Source: an uncultured bacterium
GTDB taxonomy: Bacteria; Babelota; Babeliae; Babelales; Babelaceae
Length of the DNA: 64,000 nt
Direction of reading: 5' to 3'
Assembly: GCA_963819815.1 (NCBI GenBank)
Contig: CAWFXL010000001.1
Location: 832,001-896,000, forward strand
The number at the start of each line of letters is the position of its first letter. The stretch's first letter is position 1. The position numbers were made by a program, and so were the translations under genes. The notes beneath the pieces were generated by a model. That model searched no databases. It had not been told where the DNA came from and worked only from the letters and a program-made list of their open reading frames with translations. Below, one piece after another: positions 10,128-18,693 of this stretch.

Positions 10128-10970
10128 TTACTTCTTGGGTAACCATTGTTTGATACCGAGCAACACAACGATAAGCGTTGCCGTAATTAATTTATTCCAA
10201 TCTTGATTGAGCTGTAATTCAAAGGTCAATGCAATCAGTGCTTGATACATAATTGAACCTAGCACAAGTGCAATGCCAAAGTTAGTACTCAGCACTTGGG
10301 CAAGTATCATGCCAGCCAATCCGATGATCAGCACACCAACTCCCGTCCAGATCGAAAAGTACCCCGCATAGTGCACAAATAGGGCACCACTTACTGCAGC
10401 AAGCATATTTGAAAGGACCAATCCAAGAACGAGGTACCCTTCTACACTTTTACCGACATTCGTTACCATCTGTGGTGTATCACCCACTGCACGAAGCAAG
10501 AACCCAACTTCAGTTTTTAAGAACCAACTCATCAGAGAAAAAAGTAGTATGCAAAGAACCCCTAAGACGAGCAACGGCTGATACGGAGCTAATGAGAGGG
10601 ACAGGGAGGAAAAGATAGTCTCCTTGCCTAGGGTCATATTTGATCCTGCTATAAGAAGCATTATCGAAAAGAGCCCTGTGGTAACGACAATACCACTTAT
10701 CAAATTATTGAGCTGCAACCTCGTATGTAACAGTCCCGTGACAACTCCTGAGAGCCCGCCAGCAATTGCTGCAGCTGCAAGAGCTATCCAGGGATTAAGT
10801 CCCCAGCCAATTAAAAGTGCAGTTAATGCCCCACCTATTCCAAAAGCACCTTCCACCGCTACATTATCAAAGTTAATAAGTCGCGAAGAGAGGTACACGC
10901 CTGCAACAACAAATCCAAAAATTATGCCCCGCTCAACGATGCCTTGTGCTATCTCAACTAGTTCAATCAT
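10128..10970 (-). CDS. ABC transporter permease (BPD_transp_2, putative Trp/Tyr system)
   Basis: EGAFGIGGA, GLLHTRL, GFLLRAVGD; multi-TM; operon context. Confidence 0.9.
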   Translation of the reverse strand: MIELVEIAQGIVERGIIFGFVVAGVYLSSRLINFDNVAVEGAFGIGGALTALLIGWGLNPWIALAAAAIAGGLSGVVTGLLHTRLQLNNLISGIVVTTGLFSIMLLIAGSNMTLGKETIFSSLSLSLAPYQPLLVLGVLCILLFSLMSWFLKTEVGFLLRAVGDTPQMVTNVGKSVEGYLVLGLVLSNMLAAVSGALFVHYAGYFSIWTGVGVLIIGLAGMILAQVLSTNFGIALVLGSIMYQALIALTFELQLNQDWNKLITATLIVVLLGIKQWLPKK

Positions 10971-11935
10971 CTTCTCTCCTCAAGCACCACCTGATTGTGA
11001 AGCTCGGTTGGAATGGTTAATCCAAGTGCCTCTAGTGTTGTTTGGTTAATGAATATCTGCTCACATTTTGGTTGCTCAACAGGCACCTCAAAGGGCTTTT
11101 TACCCTCAACGATCACTTCATGAGCAATCTGTGCAGCCCGCTTACCACCTGTTTTGTAATCAACTCCTCGCGCTGCTAAAGCACCTGATTTTACGAGCAT
11201 GTTATCGCTCACAAATAATGGTTTCTTGTGCTTTAAGGCAGTTGCTGCAATAACCGCAATCGTTGAAGCAACCGTGTTATCGGTGGGCGCTAGAATAACA
11301 TCAGCTTTTCTGCATGCTAACTCAACCATCGCATGTACATCTGCTTCGCTACCAAAAGCAAAATCGCTCACCACGATACCGCGTGCTTCAAGCTCTTTAC
11401 GCATAAGCTTACTCAGAGCTCGTGAGTTTACCTCACCTGAGGTATACACCAGCCCAACATGATGAGCATGTGGCACTAAGTGAAGAAGCATATCTATCTC
11501 AGCTTTAACATCGATCATGTCCTTGGTACCACAGACATTCGTCGTCGGATGAATAATTCCCAATGCAAGGGGATCCGTTACTGCAGAAATAATGATCGGT
11601 CTTTCTTTTTCTACAGCGCTCATCGCCTGAGCTGCTGGAGTCGCAATAGCAAAAAAGCCGTTCATCTTCTTGTTTGCATGAAACTGCTGAGCTATTGAAT
11701 GAGCCTGTGAAACCGAACCCTGAGCATTCTGGATGACAAATGCCACCTCATTGCCCAGTGTACTTTGCAACTCTTGCATAAATCCTTCACGAGCAGCATC
11801 AAGTGCCGGATGCGACGCAGTTTGCAAGATACCAATCGTATAGCGAGCATTCTCTGCCGGCTTCTGCAAACGTTTAATAACAAATGCACCTACGAGTGCT
11901 ACTCCTAGTATGCTCATTAACACTATCTTGTTCAT
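10967..11935 (-). CDS. ABC substrate-binding protein (ABC_sub_bind, TrpX-like Trp/Tyr type)
   Basis: IGILQTASHPALDAAREGF, IATPAAQA, AVTDP, GEVNS, PTDNTV. Confidence 0.9.
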   Translation of the reverse strand: MNKIVLMSILGVALVGAFVIKRLQKPAENARYTIGILQTASHPALDAAREGFMQELQSTLGNEVAFVIQNAQGSVSQAHSIAQQFHANKKMNGFFAIATPAAQAMSAVEKERPIIISAVTDPLALGIIHPTTNVCGTKDMIDVKAEIDMLLHLVPHAHHVGLVYTSGEVNSRALSKLMRKELEARGIVVSDFAFGSEADVHAMVELACRKADVILAPTDNTVASTIAVIAATALKHKKPLFVSDNMLVKSGALAARGVDYKTGGKRAAQIAHEVIVEGKKPFEVPVEQPKCEQIFINQTTLEALGLTIPTELHNQVVLEERR

Positions 11936-12852
11936 AGATTTCCTTCACCGTTTACAAACGTTACCCATGAGCGACTCATCAAAGCCGACTCTTTTCTTTT
12001 TCCTCTAATTGCAATCTGATACTCATTGTGTAGAGCCTGTGTCATACCACCAGGTGCACTAAAATGTTTACTCTCAATACTTTTAATGGGAGTAATTTCA
12101 CTTGCCGTTCCGCACAAAAATGCTTCCGTCGCCTTCTCAATAATCTCGAGGGGCAACGTTTCCACGCGAGTCTCGATACCCAACTCTTTTGCAATACTCA
12201 GTAGTGTTGAGCGCGTTATACCCGGCAAAATCGAAGTCGTTGACGGCGTGATAAGTACTCCATCGACCACAAAAAAAATGTTGGCTACAGAACCTTCTGC
12301 GATAGTGCCCTCATGATCCAAGAGCAATGCCTCATCAAAGCCCCTGCTACGCGCATCATGAAATGCAAGAATCGAGTTAACGTAGAAGCCGTTTATTTTA
12401 TGGTGTATCGGCATCGATTCTGGATGAATACGCTTGACCGATGATATGCCCATCCTAATAGCTTCTTTGCCTAAATATTTTTCCATATCCATCACAAGTA
12501 TGGCGCAGTGAACCGACAATTCCCCAGGACTGAGTAATAACGACTCTCCCCCAAAAAATATAATCGGCCTGATATAACAATCTTCAAAGGTATTGGCTTT
12601 GATAGTAGCTATAATCGCCTGCTCAATTGTCTCTTTGCTCCAAGGAAATGGTACTCCAAAGCAGGAAAATGAATGTAATAATCTCTCTACATGATCAGAG
12701 AGTCTAAAAACAGCCGGGCCATTATCCGTTGCATAGCATCGGATCCCTTCAAAAGCTCCTGAGCCATAATGGAGAGTATGGGTGGTAAGAGGAATGGAAG
12801 CCTCTTTTTGGGGAACCAATGCCCCATCTAACCATATAACTGTGTTCTTCAT
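11932..12852 (-). CDS. ilvE: Class IV (IlvE-type) amino acid aminotransferase
   Basis: LHYGSGAFEGIRCY, YIRP, catalytic Lys in HKINGFYVNS, EGSVANIF, LPGITR, CGTASEI. Confidence 0.92.
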   Translation of the reverse strand: MKNTVIWLDGALVPQKEASIPLTTHTLHYGSGAFEGIRCYATDNGPAVFRLSDHVERLLHSFSCFGVPFPWSKETIEQAIIATIKANTFEDCYIRPIIFFGGESLLLSPGELSVHCAILVMDMEKYLGKEAIRMGISSVKRIHPESMPIHHKINGFYVNSILAFHDARSRGFDEALLLDHEGTIAEGSVANIFFVVDGVLITPSTTSILPGITRSTLLSIAKELGIETRVETLPLEIIEKATEAFLCGTASEITPIKSIESKHFSAPGGMTQALHNEYQIAIRGKRKESALMSRSWVTFVNGEGNL

Positions 12853-12898
12853 GATAGAATCCTTCGAATCCTAGGTTACTTTTTAAAAATTTGGCAAC

Positions 12899-12928
12899 AA
12901 AAAAACCCCGGTTAAAAACCTAGGGTTG
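12899..12928 (-). terminator. Attenuator terminator upstream of ilvE
   Basis: Minus strand AACCCTAGGTT-TTT-AACCGGGGTT plus T-run, about 50 nt before the ilvE start codon. Confidence 0.8.
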
Positions 12929-12962
12929 CACGTAGAGCCTGATATTCTTATTCGTTCATCAT

Positions 12963-13100
12963 TTAGCCATACGCACCCCTCGACATATAATAATATGAAT
13001 ATGAATAAGAAAGGGCACAGTTAGGGCTTTTGGCGCTGGTAAGGCCAGAGAGAATAGTATTCGTGACTGAGGCGTTCAAACATCTTAACGTAATCTTCAT
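12963..13100 (-). CDS. Tyr-rich attenuator leader peptide, 45 aa (MKITLRCLNASVTNTILSGLTSAKSPNCALSYSYSYYYMSRGAYG)
   Basis: Hand translation; 5 TAT codons in 7 positions; antiterminator segment AGGGGTGC sits just before its stop. Confidence 0.72.
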   Translation of the reverse strand: MKITLRCLNASVTNTILSGLTSAKSPNCALSYSYSYYYMSRGAYG

Positions 13101-13107
13101 ACTGATA

Positions 13108-13136
13108 ATCCTAGCATGAAATTTTACAAATAGCAA
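13108..13136 (-). promoter_or_regulatory. Sigma70-type promoter of the leader-ilvE-ABC operon
   Basis: TTGCTA-17 bp-(TGc)TAGGAT, 7 nt before the leader ATG. Confidence 0.6.
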
Positions 13137-13292
13137 GCTTACGTGTAAATCTAATTTTTTTTATGGATTTTCTGAAGGAAGACTTCTCCCTTTGGGTCTA
13201 TTGATTAAAAGGGGCACTGGATGCTTCTCATGAAAATTATTAAGACTACGATTGCGTTTTACGCAAAAGCAAAGTATAGTAATAAAATGCCA

Positions 13293-13384
13293 GGAGAGAT
13301 GGCTGAGTGGTTGAAGGCGGCGGTCTTGAAAACCGTTATCTCGAGCGATCGGGATCGAGGGTTCGAATCCCTCTCTCTCCTCCA
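13293..13384 (+). tRNA. tRNA-Ser(TGA)
   Basis: GGAGAGATGGCTGAGTGG..GCGGT-CTTGAAA-ACCGT..GGTTCGAATCC..CCA; upstream TTGCGT-17-TATAGT. Confidence 0.97.
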
Positions 13385-13553
13385 AAGAATTCCCAGCTTA
13401 CTCTAGCACAGAGTAAGTTTTCAATGTCCATTAAGGGCCAATATCATATAGCACATGAGTCTTCTTACCAACACTATTGACTTTCCATGGCCTCTTTCTT
13501 CATAGTTATAGAAAGAATGTCTAGATCAATTTTTTTGCTTAGGGAGAACTCTG

Positions 13554-13928
13554 ATGAAATTTTTCAACGAAAATACTACGCAACTCGCTCGACAAAACAC
13601 AAATTATCGCAAAGTACTTTTCACTGATGATAAAACTCAGTTCGTCCTTATGTCGATCCCAACAGGTGAAGAAATCCCTAAGGAAATTCATAAAGCTGAT
13701 CAGATTATCCTTATCGTAGAAGGCTCGGGGCAAGCTATCTTAAATGGCATTACCACTCAATTCTCTGCAGGGCATACGCTTATTATTCCTTTGGGAACAA
13801 CCCATACGATCATGAATACTGGATCTTCTGATCTTAAGTTAGTTACCATTTACGCCCCACCACAGCATGCACCGGGTACTATCGATAAAACCAAAGCTGA
13901 TGAAGAAAGAAGAGAAAAGGCTGGGTAG
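13554..13928 (+). CDS. Cupin-domain protein
   Basis: NYRKVLFT, EIHKADQI..VEGSG, IPLGTTHTIMNTG, IYAPPQH. Confidence 0.9.
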   Translation: MKFFNENTTQLARQNTNYRKVLFTDDKTQFVLMSIPTGEEIPKEIHKADQIILIVEGSGQAILNGITTQFSAGHTLIIPLGTTHTIMNTGSSDLKLVTIYAPPQHAPGTIDKTKADEERREKAG

Positions 13929-14008
13929 AAGGTTGAAAGAGGCCGGTTTGTTAGACCAGCCCCTTTTTGGATCATGCAGAATATACATTATCTTTTCATC
14001 ACTTTGGA

Positions 14009-14842
14009 TTAATAGGTATCTGCATCGAGCGCAAGATTAATGAAATTAAGATTGTACTGTACCACGGTATCAACACGCTTGTCCCCAGAAGATTGATATT
14101 TTTCTAAAGCGTTCTTAGAACCGCGAAGATAGGCTTTATACAGCTTAAATGCATTTTCATGGGCAAGGCTATCTTTTTCAGTAATTTTCAGAACATCTAC
14201 CAAATATTGAATACCGGTATAAAGCTCAACACTCAGGTGAAATTCGATATCCGTTACATCGGTAAATGGAATCCGCTGAATCCTCGTTATGTTACCCTTT
14301 TCATCGTAAGAGGTCTGGACCCCTGAGAAAAGTTCATCTGCAGGTAGTGCAAGCATCCTCGTAAAGACCTCTTCACCACCCATAAACATCCGTGTACACA
14401 TTTCATTAAGCTCCGCCGGTGAATAATTCGCAATATCTTTTTCAAGTTTCACTCTTTGGGCTACTGAATGTTCAAATCCTTTAAGTATTACCTCTAATTC
14501 GCGACATTCAATTACGTCTTCGACGTTATAGCTCACGATACCTATTCCTTTATAGGAAAAAGAATATTTTGTGCTCAAATCAGAAAGTTCTAGAAGCGGT
14601 ACGAGTGACTTGTTTTGAGCATCTACAAAACAAAATGTATATTCGGGATGTTTTTCAGCAACTTCGACAAATGCCTGATTCTTCCCAAGAGGCTCTCTTG
14701 AAAAGAGCGTAACTAATAGGTGATTATGGTAAAGCTTCGTGTACTCTTCAACACTCGTAGGAATAACAACCTTGGCAAACATTCCCGACGAGAAAGATAG
14801 CAACGTGGTCAAGACAAGATTTTTTAGAAGTTTCGATTTCAT
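14009..14842 (-). CDS. Secreted hypothetical protein (thioredoxin-like region lacking CxxC plus helical domain), tandem paralog 1
   Basis: Signal peptide; FVEVAEKHPEYTFCFVDA; clear paralog of the next gene. Confidence 0.8.
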   Translation of the reverse strand: MKSKLLKNLVLTTLLSFSSGMFAKVVIPTSVEEYTKLYHNHLLVTLFSREPLGKNQAFVEVAEKHPEYTFCFVDAQNKSLVPLLELSDLSTKYSFSYKGIGIVSYNVEDVIECRELEVILKGFEHSVAQRVKLEKDIANYSPAELNEMCTRMFMGGEEVFTRMLALPADELFSGVQTSYDEKGNITRIQRIPFTDVTDIEFHLSVELYTGIQYLVDVLKITEKDSLAHENAFKLYKAYLRGSKNALEKYQSSGDKRVDTVVQYNLNFINLALDADTY

Positions 14843-15044
14843 GGAATAACCCTCAATATGTGTTAGTTTGTTTATAAGGTAGGTTAAAGGAATGGCAGTG
14901 CTTTTTGCGTTGAAAGCGCGAGTACCTCCTGCATGTATGATTTTTATAGCTGTAATCGTACCCAGCCTAAACTCTATTCATTATGTTTTCAACAGCCTCC
15001 AGGCTCAGCCTTCTTGAAAGCCCCGATTACAAAGCTGTTTTGGA

Positions 15045-15866
15045 TTAATAGCTGTCCGCATCGAGCGCAAGATTAATAAAGTTGACACTATATTCAACAA
15101 AACTATCAACTCGTTTGTCACCTGATGATGTATAGGTATCTAATGCACTTTTTGCACCTCGAAGATACGCTTTATACAGGTATAATCCATTTTTATATGC
15201 GGCAGTATCCTTTTCAGTTGTCTTAAGTAGGTCTACCAAATAAGCAATATCAATAGAGCTTTCAAGATAGAGATGAAGTTGAATATTCAGATCTTCACTA
15301 TATGGAATCTCATAAACCGTGTTCACCTCATTACCCTTTTCATCCCACTCAGTTTGTACTCTCGAAAAAAGAGATGACCCTGGAAGCGCAAGCAACTTAT
15401 TAAAAGTCTCTGCACCCTTCTTAAACATTTCTTGACGTTGCGCTTTTCGCGCTCTAGGAGAAAGCTTCGCCATATCCTTTTCAAAGTGAATTCGCTTAGT
15501 TACTGCATCTTTAAAAACTTCTATAGCTTGTTCTAAGCCAGCACGATCTTCGATATAACTACCTCCCATAATATCTATGCCTTTATACGAAAAATGATAA
15601 TCAAAAGTGCCGTGCAGTGTATCTTCTAAAGACAAGCTATGAGCATCTATAAAACAAAACGTATATTCAGGATGTTTTTCAGCAGCTTCAACAAACGGCT
15701 TATACTTCTCAAGAGGTTCTGTTGACAACAAGGCAATCAATACGTGCTTTTGGTAAAGGTTCATCAACTCTTCCGTATTTGCAGGAGTAACAACCTTTGC
15801 AAAAATTCCTGAAGAGAACGATACCAAAGCGGCTAAGACAAGATTTTTTAGAAGTTTCGATTCCAT
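15045..15866 (-). CDS. Secreted hypothetical protein, tandem paralog 2
   Basis: Start MESKLL matches MKSKLL of paralog 1; shared YKAYLRG and SSGDKRVD..INLALDA. Confidence 0.8.
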   Translation of the reverse strand: MESKLLKNLVLAALVSFSSGIFAKVVTPANTEELMNLYQKHVLIALLSTEPLEKYKPFVEAAEKHPEYTFCFIDAHSLSLEDTLHGTFDYHFSYKGIDIMGGSYIEDRAGLEQAIEVFKDAVTKRIHFEKDMAKLSPRARKAQRQEMFKKGAETFNKLLALPGSSLFSRVQTEWDEKGNEVNTVYEIPYSEDLNIQLHLYLESSIDIAYLVDLLKTTEKDTAAYKNGLYLYKAYLRGAKSALDTYTSSGDKRVDSFVEYSVNFINLALDADSY

Positions 15867-16103
15867 GGAATAACCCTCAATATATGTTAATTTGTTTAGA
15901 TGGTAGGTTAAAAGATCGATAGTGCTCCTTTGTGAAGCTATGAACACCTCCGGCATGTGAGATTTTTTAGATGATCATATCTATGGTAAACACAATTCAT
16001 TACGTTTTCAACAGCCCCGAAGAATAGAGCTTATGCGCATATAAGCCACTCTTTTTCATTGATACGTAGCCAGAGAGGTTCATATGTCCCGCCGAAATCG
16101 GTT

Positions 16104-16291
16104 ACTCAGAAAAATCATGGCATGTTTAGGCAAAAAAATGTAGATTTTTCGGGCATGATTTGAGAAAAATCTCGCATTTCAAAAAGTCCTCCAGCTGGCA
16201 TTATGTATATTTATGGGGGCAACTTTACCTAAGAAATGTATAAAAATCAGGGCAAAAAATGGGCTTTGATGTATAAAAATAGGATCATGTA
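16104..16291. repeat. Degenerate 33-bp periodic array, left copy
   Basis: ATGTA-A/T-rich-GGGCA units at about 16104, 16138, 16203, 16236 and 16269; direct repeat of 17847-18067. Confidence 0.8.
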
Positions 16292-16423
16292 ATTTTAAAA
16301 ACACTAATACTATCTTCCTCATCAATGTTCTGCAAAACTTTAGACTCGTGAACAACATGGTGTGAGTCCTTTACACAGATAATGACAAATCTTAAGAAAA
16401 AAGATCAGTACGAAACTATAGCA

Positions 16424-17767
16424 TTAGCCAATGAGATGAAGAAGCGCCTCTTTGACAATGCTTTTTGAATTCAATATTGGAATAGAAACCCCGTAAAGAG
16501 GGTATGAATGGAGGTTTTCCTCAATATGCCTATTATTACTCCAAATTCTTATGCCATAGGGAGTGTTCTTATGATATTGTAAAAAGGCATGCATGCTTCT
16601 TAAGTGTAGGCTTTTACCAGACTTAACTTCAATTGGTATAATCTTTCCTTCAATCTGAACAAGATAATCTATCTCTGCTTGAGCCGAGTGTTCTGCTCGC
16701 ACCCAGTAATAGAGGTTTTCTTTTTTAATGGGATCTGAGTACGCAAGGAGCTCTTGCCCAACGAAGGCTTCAACCAATTCCCCTTTATTGTGGAACGCTG
16801 ATAACGGGTCTATAAGCCATGAGCTGATGTCATAATCAAGCAGAGCTTGACAGAGACCAATATCAAGAAAAATTACTTTGAATGCATCTAATTTTGCATC
16901 GGCTCCTAGCGGTATCCCTTGACCCGAGGTCTGATATACTTTGTACATAAGGCCTGCTCTCACGAGAAGATCTAAGGCGGGTTCCAACTCTCTTTTTTGG
17001 TATTCTCCAAGCCGCGAATACATGAATTTTTTTGATAATTGCTTAAGCCCACTTTCAAAGACAGTATTCAAATATTTTATTTGGTGTCTCCGACCATACT
17101 TATCAAAATCCTCGATATAGGTAGCAGTAATATCTTCTTGTGCTATTCGTACAGAACGTGACGACTGCTCTTCAACCCAGGCAGCAACAGCCTCAGGTAA
17201 ACCCCCAACTGCAAGATATATACCAACAAGATCAATTATTTTATGGTGAAGCTCCTCAAAAAGCTGAGAATTTTTTGTGATAATCAACTGAACCCACTCT
17301 TCATATCCTAAAGCTGCTAGGAATTCTAAAAAGGAAAGTGGATACATATATAGCATGGTTATTCGGCCAACAGGCAGTCCAACCTTTGCAATTGCAAATT
17401 CAAGAAGTGATCCCGCACCGATAACATGAAGTCCCGGGAACTTTTCATAGAAATAGCGCAGGGCAAGTATTGCCTGTGGAGAGGCCTGCATTTCGTCGAT
17501 AAACAGGAGCGTTTCACCCGCTATGATGGGAGTTCGCGTATGGGCAACCAGCTGCATTTTAATACGATTGACATCTAAATCTTTTTCGAAAATTGCTCGC
17601 GCAACAGAATCTTCTTCTAGATTGACCTCTACAAAATGGGTAAACGTCTTACCCAGAGTACGTGCAGCATAGGTTTTTCCTACCTGCCGAGCTCCACGCA
17701 AAAGAAGAGGCTTGTTTGTTTTACGATTTTTCCATTCGAGTAAGTAATAATCTACAATACGCTTCAT
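16424..17767 (-). CDS. AAA_14 ATPase with DUF4143 / PD-(D/E)xK-like C-terminus
   Basis: GARQVGKT, LFIDEMQ, GAGSLL, MYPLSFLEF, GGLPE, AEIDYL..IPIEVKSG. Confidence 0.92.
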   Translation of the reverse strand: MKRIVDYYLLEWKNRKTNKPLLLRGARQVGKTYAARTLGKTFTHFVEVNLEEDSVARAIFEKDLDVNRIKMQLVAHTRTPIIAGETLLFIDEMQASPQAILALRYFYEKFPGLHVIGAGSLLEFAIAKVGLPVGRITMLYMYPLSFLEFLAALGYEEWVQLIITKNSQLFEELHHKIIDLVGIYLAVGGLPEAVAAWVEEQSSRSVRIAQEDITATYIEDFDKYGRRHQIKYLNTVFESGLKQLSKKFMYSRLGEYQKRELEPALDLLVRAGLMYKVYQTSGQGIPLGADAKLDAFKVIFLDIGLCQALLDYDISSWLIDPLSAFHNKGELVEAFVGQELLAYSDPIKKENLYYWVRAEHSAQAEIDYLVQIEGKIIPIEVKSGKSLHLRSMHAFLQYHKNTPYGIRIWSNNRHIEENLHSYPLYGVSIPILNSKSIVKEALLHLIG

Positions 17768-17815
17768 TTATTTTTTCAACGGTGGTGGGGTATTATTTTG
17801 AAAGCCATATTACTC

Positions 17816-17861
17816 ATGATACGTCTAAGAGAATGATACCTCAATTATGTAGAAAAATCAA
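17816..17861 (-). promoter_or_regulatory. Two overlapping sigma70-like promoters of the AAA gene
   Basis: TTGATT-17-TATCAT and TTGAGG-17-TATCAT; the first overlaps the last array unit. Confidence 0.5.
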
Positions 17862-18067
17862 GGCAACTTCGGTAGCAAAATGTAGATTTTTCTGGGCATG
17901 ACTTGAGAAAATTCTTGCATATCAAAAAGCAGTCCATCAGGCATTATGCATATTTATAGGGGCAACCTTGCCTAAGAATTGTACAAAAACAAGGGCAACT
18001 TTGGCTGGAAAATGTATAAAAATCGGTCCATAAAACGTGCTTTTATGTATAAAAATAGGACCATGTA
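17847..18067. repeat. Degenerate 33-bp periodic array, right copy (about 7 units)
   Basis: Units start at 17847, 17880, (17913), 17946, 17979, 18012 and 18045. Confidence 0.85.
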
Positions 18068-18310
18068 GATTTATAATCAGCAAAATCGCCTATTCATGGC
18101 CACTCCCCTCTAAAAAAGTTTAAAAAAAGCTTTCAAGATGGGCCATTTGAGCGATCGCCAACACCAATAAATCCTCAATACTCCCTTCCAATCGTATAAA
18201 CTCAGCATTGTTACATGAAAAAAACTAGAGAAACTTATGCCGCAAATACTTGCCAAAATATCTAATAATAACTCTTGAAGATAAGATTTTTTCTAATTTT
18301 CGAGAGACAA

Positions 18311-18556
18311 ATGAAGAATAAAGAGAGCCTACTTCAGGCCCTATTACGTTCACCCAAAACGGTTTTTTCAATGAACGAGGTGGTATTGCTCTGTCATATA
18401 GATACGGCAAAACTTATGTCTAATTTAAGATATTATGTTAAAAAAGGATATTTGTATCATATCAAACGTGGGCTGTATGCTAAAGATAAGAACTATGACA
18501 GGGGTGTTAGTACAGTCCATAAAGTCACATACGTGACCTTGAAGGTACTTGTTTAA
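18311..18556 (+). pseudogene. Truncated AbiEi-like (type IV TA antitoxin) wHTH fragment
   Basis: LLRSPKTVFS..LRYYVKKGYLYHIKRGLYAK. The resemblance ends near 18500 and no toxin gene follows. Confidence 0.6.
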
Positions 18557-18693
18557 AAAAAGAATGCCTGGTCAATCTATGTGGGCAATACTATTTCACA
18601 GCCTAAAGAACTCTCCTCTGCTCACCTGAGTATCGCCATGAGACCTCGTCCGTGCTAGGCTTAGCATAAGCACCCGATCGAGCAAGGTAATCA

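Noticed and set aside
12860..13140. T-box or metabolite riboswitch upstream of ilvE
   Set aside because: No T-box UGGNACC bulge or Stem I motifs were found; the leader-peptide model fits better.
9111..13384. Non-G discriminator bases in both tRNA-Ser (A and U)
   Set aside because: Bacterial SerRS relies mainly on the variable arm, so such variation is not remarkable.
16104..18067. 33-bp arrays as a CRISPR array
   Set aside because: Units are degenerate and non-palindromic with only about 15 variable nt, the two arrays are homologous throughout, and there are no cas genes.
13293..18650. Integrated element at tRNA-Ser(TGA)
   Set aside because: No integrase and no duplicated tRNA 3' end seen.
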